DNA of 35,894 nucleotides from a virus (taxonomy: Duplodnaviria > Heunggongvirae > Uroviricota > Caudoviricetes): IMG/VR virus record IMGVR_UViG_3300031521_000016, positions 1-35,894 of that record. One strand, 5' to 3'. The translations under genes were made by a program, and so were the position numbers. Under the pieces are notes generated by a model. The model searched no databases and was not told the origin of the DNA. It saw only the letters and a program-made list of their open reading frames with translations. Shown here piece after piece: positions 9,087 through 17,522 of the stretch (position 1 is the stretch's first letter; every line of letters starts with the position of its first letter).

Positions 9087-9380
9087 TCAATACGATAACA
9101 ATTCCCATACGTTAGACGAGTGTTCAGAATCGGCTTCGGGTTTTTGATTAGGGTGTAGCGAGTAAACTATTTTAAATGACTTGTAACGGGAGCTTTTGCG
9201 AATTTCATCTATTTGCACTGTTCCCATGGGTACATTCAATGCATCCGATAATTCTCCTCCTATTGAGTAAGCATCTATAACATTTATCGATCCACCGCCG
9301 AAATACCCTAATACCCAGTAATTTCGCTTTTGTGTAGTATCGTAATACTTTTTGAAATCTCCATTTTTTTCGTATGACAT
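9087..9380 (-). CDS. phage hypothetical protein
   Basis: 97 aa ORF in operon context. Confidence 0.7.
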   Translation of the reverse strand: MSYEKNGDFKKYYDTTQKRNYWVLGYFGGGSINVIDAYSIGGELSDALNVPMGTVQIDEIRKSSRYKSFKIVYSLHPNQKPEADSEHSSNVWELLSY

Positions 9381-9391
9381 AACTTTTATTT

Positions 9392-9949
9392 TTAGAATCC
9401 AAATGATTTTGAAACAATCGTACCTCGCTTTTCGTGACGTTCTTCAGGAGTAGAATAGAATTTATTTCCATTCTGTTCAAGTTCTTTTATCTTAAGTTTT
9501 GTTCTAGTGTATGCAGCTCTCATAGCCTTATTTAGATCATCTCTTGTGTAAAATCCGATATTTCGTGGATAGAGACTAGGTAACTGTATTCTAGAGATGC
9601 CTCTTCTATCGACATATTCTCCGCCCTTCCTAGTACAAGTTTCTGTAACTGTTATCTTATGATCAATCCAGATGGCAATTTTCCAATGCTCAGCAGAATA
9701 TTCTTTAATTGCAAGATATTTATGATCGAATGATACGTGCAATGAGTTTGAAGTAAGCTTATTTAATGTAACTCCTAGTTTTTCTAGAGCTTTGTAATAA
9801 TGATGATGTTCAATATTAGCAATCTCTTCAGGTTCAGAAATAATTTTAATATCATCCGGAAAAGTAGGGATTTTACTATTATCGTATACGGTTTGTATAT
9901 TCTTACAAAGCGACTTTGTAAACTTTAATTTTTTCTTTTTCATTTTCAT
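9392..9949 (-). CDS. RG-FGF-tagged protein 10
   Basis: ATG at 9949 (TAATG overlap); ends STPEERHEKRGTIVSKSFGF*. Confidence 0.8.
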   Translation of the reverse strand: MKMKKKKLKFTKSLCKNIQTVYDNSKIPTFPDDIKIISEPEEIANIEHHHYYKALEKLGVTLNKLTSNSLHVSFDHKYLAIKEYSAEHWKIAIWIDHKITVTETCTRKGGEYVDRRGISRIQLPSLYPRNIGFYTRDDLNKAMRAAYTRTKLKIKELEQNGNKFYSTPEERHEKRGTIVSKSFGF

Positions 9950-10182
9950 TAAGAACAACGTGCGTCTGATGAAGTTTCATAGATATTATTAACTATAATT
10001 TCGCAAACGGTTAACGTTCCGTCTTGAAAATTCTGATTAAATTCAGCCAAAGCATTCTCTTTTGCTTGTTCTTTTGCCTCCTTTTTATTTTTTTCTTCAA
10101 TAATAGATGTATAATTTTCCGAATCTTTGAAATTGTCTGCGTCAGTATAATAAACCGACGTCTCTGAATAATAAGTTTTCAT
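9949..10182 (-). CDS. hypothetical protein
   Basis: ATG at 10182 (MKTYYSET) behind promoter copy 6. Confidence 0.7.
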   Translation of the reverse strand: MKTYYSETSVYYTDADNFKDSENYTSIIEEKNKKEAKEQAKENALAEFNQNFQDGTLTVCEIIVNNIYETSSDARCS

Positions 10183-10198
10183 AAGTTGTATTTTATTA

Positions 10199-10241
10199 TT
10201 ATGATACAAAAATAAACAAATTGATCAACATTAAAAAACGC
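10199..10241 (-). promoter_or_regulatory. repeated phage promoter, copy 6
   Basis: GCGTTTTT-N19-TATTTTTGTATCATAA. Confidence 0.85.
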
Positions 10242-10759
10242 TAGAAACCAAATTTTTTGCTTATCATTATGGGTTTATATTTTAACATTGGATCTTTTTT
10301 GGACATCCATTCACTGTATGGAATGTCGATATTTCTGCCAAACATGAACCATGAAAATGGAGTAGAATTTCCGACTTTTTTCATTATGAGATTAGTAATA
10401 AGTGTATCAGAGCTTTTGACAATGTAACTATCTTTCACTTCTATATAGTGATCGACTCTTCTCATTTCTTTGATATGCTTTACTTTATCGACATTATAAT
10501 AGTTGAATACAAACATGATACGATTCAACTGTATCTTAAATATGATCGATACTAATTTTAACTTGCGGTTATCTGTGGGGTACCACTTATGTAATGCAGT
10601 TTGATAGTCTGGCATATCTATAATTTCATGCGTTATACTATTACCTGAAAACCACCAATCATATCTTTTCATGTCAGACTTCAAGTTTCTCAAGTTTTCG
10701 TGAACGAGGAAAAAATGAATAGTATCTCCGTCGTCACGAAATTGTTGAACAACTTTCAT
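10241..10759 (-). CDS. RG-FGF-tagged protein 11 (variant tag lacking RG)
   Basis: ATG at 10759 (MKVVQQF, ATGA overlap); ends YSEWMSKKDPMLKYKPIMISKKFGF*. Confidence 0.75.
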   Translation of the reverse strand: MKVVQQFRDDGDTIHFFLVHENLRNLKSDMKRYDWWFSGNSITHEIIDMPDYQTALHKWYPTDNRKLKLVSIIFKIQLNRIMFVFNYYNVDKVKHIKEMRRVDHYIEVKDSYIVKSSDTLITNLIMKKVGNSTPFSWFMFGRNIDIPYSEWMSKKDPMLKYKPIMISKKFGF

Positions 10760-11220
10760 TCTCCGCCTCCACCATCTCCGCCTCCGTCGCTGCCACAATC
10801 ACTACCCGCATCTGATGATACATCTGAAGAAGATTCGGAACCGACTTCTGATGATTCAGTATTGCCAACGTCTGTGCCTTCTTCTGTAGATACTTCTATC
10901 TCATTTTGAATATTGTCGGGTAAATCTTGAGTATCGATTGTTACTTCATTTTCAGGAGTCTGATTAGCCAATTCACTAGGAGTGCCCACTGTCCAAGAAA
11001 TGCTAGAAAAATTAGTTATAGGTTCTGACGATTTGCAATAATAGCTATCTCCATCTGACATAGTCATTAAGTACCAATAACTGAAGCCGTCATCGTCATC
11101 TGACATAGAATGTGAACCAGAATAAATTCGGTATTCAAGAACTTTCATTCTTTTATGATGCATATTACATGACATTATCATGAACATGCTAATAAGCAAA
11201 ATTAGAAGTTTTCGTGTCAT
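10756..11220 (-). CDS. putative lipoprotein with acidic Ser/Gly/Asp tail
   Basis: Signal-like MTRKLLILLISMFMIMSC (lipobox Cys); tail SSDAGSDCGSDGGGDGGGGE. Confidence 0.65.
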   Translation of the reverse strand: MTRKLLILLISMFMIMSCNMHHKRMKVLEYRIYSGSHSMSDDDDGFSYWYLMTMSDGDSYYCKSSEPITNFSSISWTVGTPSELANQTPENEVTIDTQDLPDNIQNEIEVSTEEGTDVGNTESSEVGSESSSDVSSDAGSDCGSDGGGDGGGGE

Positions 11221-11420
11221 TTCTTTTTTGTTTTTAATTCGATTAGTATAGTTCCTTTTTTATTCGTTATTATTGCTGTATCGCCCGTAGTAGTCATGAC
11301 TTTTACTTGATCTACATTTTGAACGGCATTAGATTTAGGGGCTAATGTAGCTATTCCTACTATTATAAGACATGCTATTACAATACAACCCATTCCAAAA
11401 TATTCATTATGTCTATTCAT
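11217..11420 (-). CDS. small membrane protein
   Basis: N-terminal hydrophobic helix GMGCIVIACLIIVGIATLA. Confidence 0.7.
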   Translation of the reverse strand: MNRHNEYFGMGCIVIACLIIVGIATLAPKSNAVQNVDQVKVMTTTGDTAIITNKKGTILIELKTKKK

Positions 11421-11899
11421 TAATGGGTTGCAGTTTTAGAATGTAAATAGTCTATTACTGCAAGTATCAAAGCTCCACCTAAGAAGATTCCATGAATATA
11501 AGTCTGTTTATAGATTATGTCCCATGATATCTTTTCAGCTGCGATGAATGTTTGTAATAAATGTATCATTGTTACACCAGTTATAGACGTGGCAATCTTG
11601 ACTTTTAGACCGCCGCTACTTATCTTCTCAGACGATTCTTCATGCGTTTTACTTACGAAAGAGTTATAACTACCAGTTATAATCATTTTCACTAAGTTCG
11701 CTATCATGACTACGTCTACTGCTTCAAGTGTGGTCATCAGTTCTTCACTGGTAATATGTCCGTTCTTCATGAAACAGTACATAAGAAATAACAGTGTCCA
11801 AAATAACTTCAGATAGAATGGAATTAAGAGCCATTTACTAAAGAAAATGATTTTTTCTACTGTTGTTTTGATCAAGTCTCCTGCGTAAGGTGTTTTCAT
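11420..11899 (-). CDS. yqhA: YqhA/UPF0114-family membrane protein
   Basis: SKWLLIPFY...LEAVDVVMIANLVKMIITGSYNSFVS...LKVKIATSI...IHLL matches the UPF0114 pattern. Confidence 0.75.
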   Translation of the reverse strand: MKTPYAGDLIKTTVEKIIFFSKWLLIPFYLKLFWTLLFLMYCFMKNGHITSEELMTTLEAVDVVMIANLVKMIITGSYNSFVSKTHEESSEKISSGGLKVKIATSITGVTMIHLLQTFIAAEKISWDIIYKQTYIHGIFLGGALILAVIDYLHSKTATH

Positions 11900-11904
11900 T
11901 CAGT

Positions 11905-12144
11905 TTATTTTTTATTGTGTCTAAAATTGATTTTTTTATCCCAAATCTCAAGATCTATTATACGATGCAGGAGCAGTGCTATTACAGTTGCCCCTGAAGC
12001 AAGTATTGTAGCAATTACACATGAGGCGTAAAAATTACTTGACTTCATATATCCAAAAGGATTACCGTACTTAATGCAGAAATTGATATCAGATATCATT
12101 ATGATAATTAACAAAAAGATGATAAATAACGTCTTAACTTTCAT
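11905..12144 (-). CDS. small membrane protein
   Basis: Two hydrophobic segments, 79 aa. Confidence 0.65.
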   Translation of the reverse strand: MKVKTLFIIFLLIIIMISDINFCIKYGNPFGYMKSSNFYASCVIATILASGATVIALLLHRIIDLEIWDKKINFRHNKK

Positions 12145-12155
12145 ATTGTTTCATG

Positions 12156-12413
12156 TTAAAAATTTCTTGTTCCTGGCGAATCGGCATTGCAATAAATACA
12201 TGTGCAGGTCTCACTGTAAGGATTGCAGTCAATCCATTCATATTTATGTTCACACGTATCCCATAGCTTTTTAATTTCTTCTTGAGCTTTTTGTATTTGA
12301 TAGCCGGTATGATTATAACTATTTCCGGCTATTAAAAGTAAGGATTCTACTTTCTTTTTAATTTCTAATCCCTTCTCAATTTTTATAGCCTCTTCCTCAC
12401 TTATCTGTTCCAT
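12156..12413 (-). CDS. hypothetical protein, coiled coil plus Cys-rich tail
   Basis: ATG at 12413 (MEQISEEE); CEHKY...CTCIYC. Confidence 0.7.
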   Translation of the reverse strand: MEQISEEEAIKIEKGLEIKKKVESLLLIAGNSYNHTGYQIQKAQEEIKKLWDTCEHKYEWIDCNPYSETCTCIYCNADSPGTRNF

Positions 12414-12414
12414 T

Positions 12415-12990
12415 TTAAAATCCAAATTTAGGTGATACTAATTTTCCTCTATATGTAAATATTGGGTCATCACAAGCCATCCAGTCTTTATACTTCGGTC
12501 TCGAACGTTGATCAGCCTCTAACCATTTTATGGGTAGATCGTTCTTGACAATATGATACAGAACGTAAGATAGTGGTGTATTCTGTGATGGATGATTAAA
12601 TTGATAGATACTTTTGCATTCAGTATTTTTATCTTTATGTTTCCAGCAAAAATAAATTTTATTATCGAACGGAAAATGTATAACTATTCTCGTTAATAAT
12701 CTACCTTTAAACTGCTCATGTAATCGTGGCCATGAAGCTTTATACACGGTAGTATATTCACTTATACTTTCAGCATGAAGTTTAAGAATAGAGTTTGACA
12801 CATATGTATCATCAGTAAATAAACTAATTATGCCTTTTATTTTATCTTCTGAGTACTGATGACATGTTGCATCTTCTACATTCTTGAATACGAGGCAATT
12901 TTTATATTTAGTCTCTTGTATCACGGGTGAATATGTTATGTGAATTGAAACCGATAACTGGATTACTTTTACGTAATCCATATATTTCAT
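12415..12990 (-). CDS. RG-FGF-tagged protein 12
   Basis: Ends YKDWMACDDPIFTYRGKLVSPKFGF*; start uncertain (ATG 12990 or GTG 12924). Confidence 0.75.
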   Translation of the reverse strand: MKYMDYVKVIQLSVSIHITYSPVIQETKYKNCLVFKNVEDATCHQYSEDKIKGIISLFTDDTYVSNSILKLHAESISEYTTVYKASWPRLHEQFKGRLLTRIVIHFPFDNKIYFCWKHKDKNTECKSIYQFNHPSQNTPLSYVLYHIVKNDLPIKWLEADQRSRPKYKDWMACDDPIFTYRGKLVSPKFGF

Positions 12991-13450
12991 ATTGTTCGGT
13001 TACTAAACGTGCAAAATCTGGTTCATCAATATACTTGGCACAAGTTTTTGAGAATAGGGTATTTGATTCTTCGATATCTTTGTCAAGATGATCGCTATAT
13101 ACACTGAATAGATAAGCTTCATCAACTTCTGATATAATCATGCCAGTGTAATGTCCATTAAGCTCATATTTTTCAAAAAATACATTGGCGTTGCACCAGA
13201 TACCTATGCAAATCTTTTCTCTTAATAACTGAACATGTGAAGGAGATATAACGATTCGTTTAGCATCTAAATCGTACAGTCCTCCCTCATATCCATGACC
13301 GAGCATGATAATTCTATCGTGTGCTTGTATCTGTCTTTTTAGTTCAGAATTAGATACTCCACTTCTGATAACTTTCCATCCTTTATTGTAATAAATTTTT
13401 GAAAGAAAGTCAGTTGTATGATCTATCGGATGTATTACGAGTGTTTTCAT
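12908..13450 (-). CDS. phage hypothetical protein (HP..D and MLGHG motifs)
   Basis: MKTLVIHPIDHTTDFL...HDRIIMLGHG...IGIWCNA. Confidence 0.75.
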   Translation of the reverse strand: MKTLVIHPIDHTTDFLSKIYYNKGWKVIRSGVSNSELKRQIQAHDRIIMLGHGYEGGLYDLDAKRIVISPSHVQLLREKICIGIWCNANVFFEKYELNGHYTGMIISEVDEAYLFSVYSDHLDKDIEESNTLFSKTCAKYIDEPDFARLVTEQYEIYGLRKSNPVIGFNSHNIFTRDTRD

Positions 13451-14253
13451 TTTAACTGAAGTTTAATGAGTGTATTTGATGCATGAAACTGAGCTTCTTC
13501 TGGTGTAAACCATTTTACGTTTCCGTCTTCATCTTGAACATCAAACTTTCCAATTTTTGCATAATAGTGTTGTCCACCTGGCCAAATCATTATCTTTATG
13601 TCATCGGACGTTGGTACTTTTTCGTCTGGAAACAGCATAGATTTGCGATCTATATCATCGACTATTTTCATAGAGTCGATTAAAATGTGGTATCGCATGT
13701 CAGCCGTTAATAGTAGAATCTTTCCGTCATTGATATGACGCATTCTATCTTGTAATGTTCTATTTTCTAGCTGTAAAGCAACTACTGCAGCTGAAAGTGG
13801 TGTACCACGTTGGTTACCCATCATCAGCTCTAATGATTTGCCGAATACAGTATTGAGTCGTTTATCCCGTTTAAAAAACTCGGGAGATAAATCAGCTATA
13901 GCATTATCGATATAGTTGCGAATGCCATCTCTGATTTCTGTACCACAATATTTTTCAAAATGGATACGCATTTCATCCATTGTAGAAGCTACAAAATACC
14001 ACTGCGATAAATCTTTTTCATTATCCTTGTACCGAATAAACCGATACTTGTCGGGATGTTTAGGTCGTTTAACGTCGAACATTATTCTACCACATGCCGA
14101 TTCAATAGGAGGTTCTCCTTGAAGTCTCCTAGAAACTTCCTCTTTTCCACCATTATCATAACATTTGCAACAATATAGTCCGTACGGAGTATTGTAGCAA
14201 CCAGTATTCGGTGGAATTGGATTATCGCAACATCTACATTTTAAAGTGCTCAT
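13447..14253 (-). CDS. hypothetical protein with N-terminal Zn-binding Cys cluster
   Basis: CRCC...CYN...YCCKC; first gene after promoter copy 7. Confidence 0.75.
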   Translation of the reverse strand: MSTLKCRCCDNPIPPNTGCYNTPYGLYCCKCYDNGGKEEVSRRLQGEPPIESACGRIMFDVKRPKHPDKYRFIRYKDNEKDLSQWYFVASTMDEMRIHFEKYCGTEIRDGIRNYIDNAIADLSPEFFKRDKRLNTVFGKSLELMMGNQRGTPLSAAVVALQLENRTLQDRMRHINDGKILLLTADMRYHILIDSMKIVDDIDRKSMLFPDEKVPTSDDIKIMIWPGGQHYYAKIGKFDVQDEDGNVKWFTPEEAQFHASNTLIKLQLK

Positions 14254-14267
14254 TTTTTATTTTTTGA

Positions 14268-14310
14268 TTATGATACAAAAATAAACAAAAACTTCGATAT
14301 TGCAAAACGC
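14268..14310 (-). promoter_or_regulatory. repeated phage promoter, copy 7
   Basis: GCGTTTTG-N19-TATTTTTGTATCATAA. Confidence 0.9.
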
Positions 14311-14311
14311 A

Positions 14312-14614
14312 TTACATACCAAATTTTGTCCCAATTACGAGTCCTCTTTTCTCATATTTGAACTGATCAATAGTCATTCCACTTTTGTACCATTCCACGG
14401 CAAGAGAATCGTCTATTTTTCCTTTTTTCCAGATGTCAGATTTTACAATTATTTTGTAGATTGTATCATCTAACTCTTCTATCGTATTACCGGCAGTACT
14501 ATGCAATGGTGATACCATTGATCCTGTATAATCTACGATAGAATTATACAAGTTGTATAGTCGTTGAGAATCGTAGCCTTGTGTATTATATTTTGGTTCC
14601 ATTTTTATTTTCAT
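14312..14614 (-). CDS. RG-FGF-tagged protein 13
   Basis: Ends WYKSGMTIDQFKYEKRGLVIGTKFGM*. Confidence 0.8.
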   Translation of the reverse strand: MKIKMEPKYNTQGYDSQRLYNLYNSIVDYTGSMVSPLHSTAGNTIEELDDTIYKIIVKSDIWKKGKIDDSLAVEWYKSGMTIDQFKYEKRGLVIGTKFGM

Positions 14615-15038
14615 TCAGCATTTTACGTTCAATGTAATTATTACACCAGAATATATCTTGAAACAATATATTGTCATAGAGATATCCTACTTTTCTACTA
14701 TTAGGATACGCATGAAAATGAAACTGTATCATTTCAACAGGTGTTGTACCGATCATGAAAATATCATTCTTCAGTAAATCTATCTGTGTTTTACAAGCTT
14801 CTTTTCTGCCGAAATGTGTATTGTCGTATATCTCATAGTTCAAACGACCGTACGATCTCTCAGTATGCCAAGAACAGTTTACTTGCATTACTTTAGATGA
14901 TATCTTATTCCAATTGGATCGCCAAGTAAACCATCTATATTTATAGACTGTTTTCTTTTCGATAAAATAGTCACATACATCTTCATCACGTATATCTTTT
15001 AATATACGTGTCTGTATTCTGTATCGAGTAGTTTTCAT
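14586..15038 (-). CDS. hypothetical protein
   Basis: 150 aa ORF. Confidence 0.7.
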   Translation of the reverse strand: MKTTRYRIQTRILKDIRDEDVCDYFIEKKTVYKYRWFTWRSNWNKISSKVMQVNCSWHTERSYGRLNYEIYDNTHFGRKEACKTQIDLLKNDIFMIGTTPVEMIQFHFHAYPNSRKVGYLYDNILFQDIFWCNNYIERKMLNENKNGTKI

Positions 15039-15068
15039 AATGCGCGTATCTTGTGCAGAATGAACAAG

Positions 15069-15230
15069 CTATTTATGCTTGCAATTCTTATGTTTTATAT
15101 TTACATGGCCCTTAACGATTCTTTTGTTCTTTGGTGATTTGTAAATTTCTACACCTTCTCCTAAATCATGTTCTATTACAGTGATGACACTATAGATAAA
15201 ATTGTCTACTAATTGGTATTGTACTTTCAT
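15069..15230 (-). CDS. small basic protein, 53 aa (not in ORF track)
   Basis: MKVQYQLVDNFIYSVITVIEHDLGEGVEIYKSPKNKRIVKGHVNIKHKNCKHK fills the gap between neighbours. Confidence 0.6.
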   Translation of the reverse strand: MKVQYQLVDNFIYSVITVIEHDLGEGVEIYKSPKNKRIVKGHVNIKHKNCKHK

Positions 15231-15248
15231 TCTTAATTTGTTACGATT

Positions 15249-15488
15249 CTAATCTAAAAATTTTTTACATTTACAGTTTTGATCATGTCTATCACGCCAA
15301 GAACTTACATAACACCACTTACCTACAATATTTGACTTATAATGCTTAGTGCTACAATTTTTACATGTTCTAACAGTTCCATTGTCGATATGTTTATGAT
15401 CAAACATATTTACAACGTATTTCTTGTAAATTACGAAAATGATCCCTATGACTAGTAATGCTAGTCCAGTAAATGTTTTAGAATCCAT
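15249..15488 (-). CDS. small membrane-anchored Cys-rich protein
   Basis: N-terminal TM segment, CKNC...CKC. Confidence 0.7.
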   Translation of the reverse strand: MDSKTFTGLALLVIGIIFVIYKKYVVNMFDHKHIDNGTVRTCKNCSTKHYKSNIVGKWCYVSSWRDRHDQNCKCKKFLD

Positions 15489-15939
15489 ATTTTTTACTTT
15501 TTAAAATTCCTCGTTTTTTGAATATAAATTCATCAGCTGTCATATTCGATACTTTGAATTCATTCATAATTTTCTCAAATTCATTTCTGTGCATATAGTT
15601 GAATGTTACAATAATTTTATATGAGTCTTCGCTGTATATGTATAGACATTTATCTTCAGCTGCAGCCTTTTTACCGTAACGTTTAAGTGTCACATGTTTA
15701 CATACAGGCAAATATTCAATTTGATTTACATATGCATAAAATTGAATTTCACCTTTATCCATAAATAGTCTAATGCTACTTGACATATACATAAAGTCAT
15801 GCACTACACATTCCGATATTAGTACTACATACTTATCAGCTAACATATTAGAAAATATATACTCAAATATTCCTGCATGTGTAGTATGCATGGTATCACT
15901 TAAATATGCAACTAATTCATCTTTATCGTATATTTTCAT
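15478..15939 (-). CDS. RG-FGF-tagged protein 14 (possibly leaderless)
   Basis: ATG at 15939, 4 nt after the -7 box; ends KRGILKSKKYGF*. Confidence 0.8.
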   Translation of the reverse strand: MKIYDKDELVAYLSDTMHTTHAGIFEYIFSNMLADKYVVLISECVVHDFMYMSSSIRLFMDKGEIQFYAYVNQIEYLPVCKHVTLKRYGKKAAAEDKCLYIYSEDSYKIIVTFNYMHRNEFEKIMNEFKVSNMTADEFIFKKRGILKSKKYGF

Positions 15940-15978
15940 AATACAAAAATAACACATTTTATCAAAAGTGCAAAACGC
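15936..15978 (-). promoter_or_regulatory. repeated phage promoter, copy 8
   Basis: GCGTTTTG-N19-TATTTTTGTATTATGA (contains the start codon). Confidence 0.85.
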
Positions 15979-15979
15979 A

Positions 15980-16432
15980 TTATTTCATCATAGTTAATGC
16001 TCTAGTTAAGTTCTTTATTATGTCCGTCATTTTAGCAATATCGTTTATTGTGATACTATTCAATGATTCATTCACTTCACTTACAAGGTCTTTAAAATTC
16101 TGGGTCTGATCAGTAAATATGTATGGGTGTAAAATCCAAGTTCTTATTAGATCTTCTATGACTTCGCAACTATTATCTCCATCAAACGGCTCATTTAGAC
16201 TTGCATATACAGAACCGTCATAGCATACACGAATAATATTATTCGATATAGCTTGATCAGTTCCCCAATTATTAAAGAAACAAGTGAACCAAAGTTCGTA
16301 GTTGCCTTTTGCAACATAGCGTTGTTTTTCGAAAATAATAGGTCCAGATATAGATGTTTCACTGATAGCTTCGATCTGACTGTTTAAATAGTCTACTATT
16401 TCGCATCCATTTATAATGCTTAAATCAATCAT
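15980..16432 (-). CDS. hypothetical protein
   Basis: 150 aa ORF. Confidence 0.7.
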   Translation of the reverse strand: MIDLSIINGCEIVDYLNSQIEAISETSISGPIIFEKQRYVAKGNYELWFTCFFNNWGTDQAISNNIIRVCYDGSVYASLNEPFDGDNSCEVIEDLIRTWILHPYIFTDQTQNFKDLVSEVNESLNSITINDIAKMTDIIKNLTRALTMMK

Positions 16433-16466
16433 TTTTTATTTAATGTAACAAAAAATGTCGGATTTG

Positions 16467-16483
16467 AATATATACAAGAAAAA
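16467..16483 (+). promoter_or_regulatory. class II upstream motif
   Basis: AATATATA-C-AAGAAAAA before ATG 16492. Confidence 0.5.
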
Positions 16484-16491
16484 GGTTTTTA

Positions 16492-17238
16492 ATGAAACTA
16501 ACTGATGAACAAACAGAATTTCTTAATAAAGTATGTGATCATAAATGGACAGAAAAAGACGGTTTAGTTGAGGTAGATGGTAACGTATCTATTATTAGTT
16601 ACAAATATCCTAGGCTTCCCGTAATGTTTGGTACAGTTTCAGGTATGTTTAAAATGACTAACTGTATGGTCGAATCTTTAGATGGATTTCCAACTTACAT
16701 AGGCAATAAATGTCTTTTAACGAATATAGATGTAACTGAAATAGTAAATCTATGCAAAGTGAAATACAGAATTGTCATAAATACTTGTAAGAAACTAAAG
16801 AAGATAAAAAATTTACACGCTGAAACTATTTCTATCACATTCTGTGACGTACTGGAAAAAATTGAATTAGAAGAATCAGTTGTAGATACATTTAGTATTG
16901 CAGATTGCAAAAAGATAAAAAATTTACACGGATTTCCTAAAACTGTGACTAAAATGTTCAATATTTATCAATGTGAAGGTTTAGAAGACTTATCAGGGAC
17001 TATAGAACATACTGATACATTTAGAGTATCTGATTGTAAGAAATTGCGTTCAGGTAAAGGAGCTTGTAAGAACGCTAATAAATATGATATAGATCTACGT
17101 TTAATAAATAATATTGATGAACTTAAACTGTATCGCGATGACGATATCTATGCTCAATGGCTACATTCTGGAGAACCAGCTGAAGGTTTCTTGGAGAAAA
17201 AAAGAGGATTCATATTGGGAAGAAAGTTTGGCTTCTAA
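16492..17238 (+). CDS. RG-FGF-tagged protein 15, LRR-like repeat protein
   Basis: Repeats VESLDGFP, IKNLHGFP, LEDLSGT; ends QWLHSGEPAEGFLEKKRGFILGRKFGF*. Confidence 0.8.
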   Translation: MKLTDEQTEFLNKVCDHKWTEKDGLVEVDGNVSIISYKYPRLPVMFGTVSGMFKMTNCMVESLDGFPTYIGNKCLLTNIDVTEIVNLCKVKYRIVINTCKKLKKIKNLHAETISITFCDVLEKIELEESVVDTFSIADCKKIKNLHGFPKTVTKMFNIYQCEGLEDLSGTIEHTDTFRVSDCKKLRSGKGACKNANKYDIDLRLINNIDELKLYRDDDIYAQWLHSGEPAEGFLEKKRGFILGRKFGF

Positions 17239-17507
17239 AACCCGAACCGTTTAGCTACTATTTCTCCTCTTATTTTAAGTAAGAAAGCATCTAAACTTAA
17301 ATGACAATTTTCTTTATTTTTCCACTTCACGTAATTTTCTGGACTTAAATCACTCTGTGCAAACTCTTTAAGTATATTCTGTGCAATTTGATATTGATCA
17401 TTTGAAGTGAAATGTAGATATACGTCACCTGTATAAAATTCTACTCTGCCAAATAACACTATAGTAGCTGATCGTAAATCTGATACTAATAATGTGAAAT
17501 CGACCAT
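17235..17507 (-). CDS. RG-FGF-tagged protein 16
   Basis: ATG at 17507 (MVDFTLLV) avoids overlap with the divergent gene; ends IRGEIVAKRFGF*. Confidence 0.7.
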   Translation of the reverse strand: MVDFTLLVSDLRSATIVLFGRVEFYTGDVYLHFTSNDQYQIAQNILKEFAQSDLSPENYVKWKNKENCHLSLDAFLLKIRGEIVAKRFGF

Positions 17508-17522
17508 AATAAAAAGTAAAAA

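Noticed and set aside
398-15957. N-terminal MYH/YFCI peptides shared by several track ORFs
   Set aside because: Artefact of translating through the repeated promoter TTTTGTATCAT; real ATGs lie downstream
16441-16480. Tenth copy of the main promoter before 15980..16432
   Set aside because: It reads ATTTTTTG rather than TAnnTTTG and has no CGTTTT box at the 19-nt spacing
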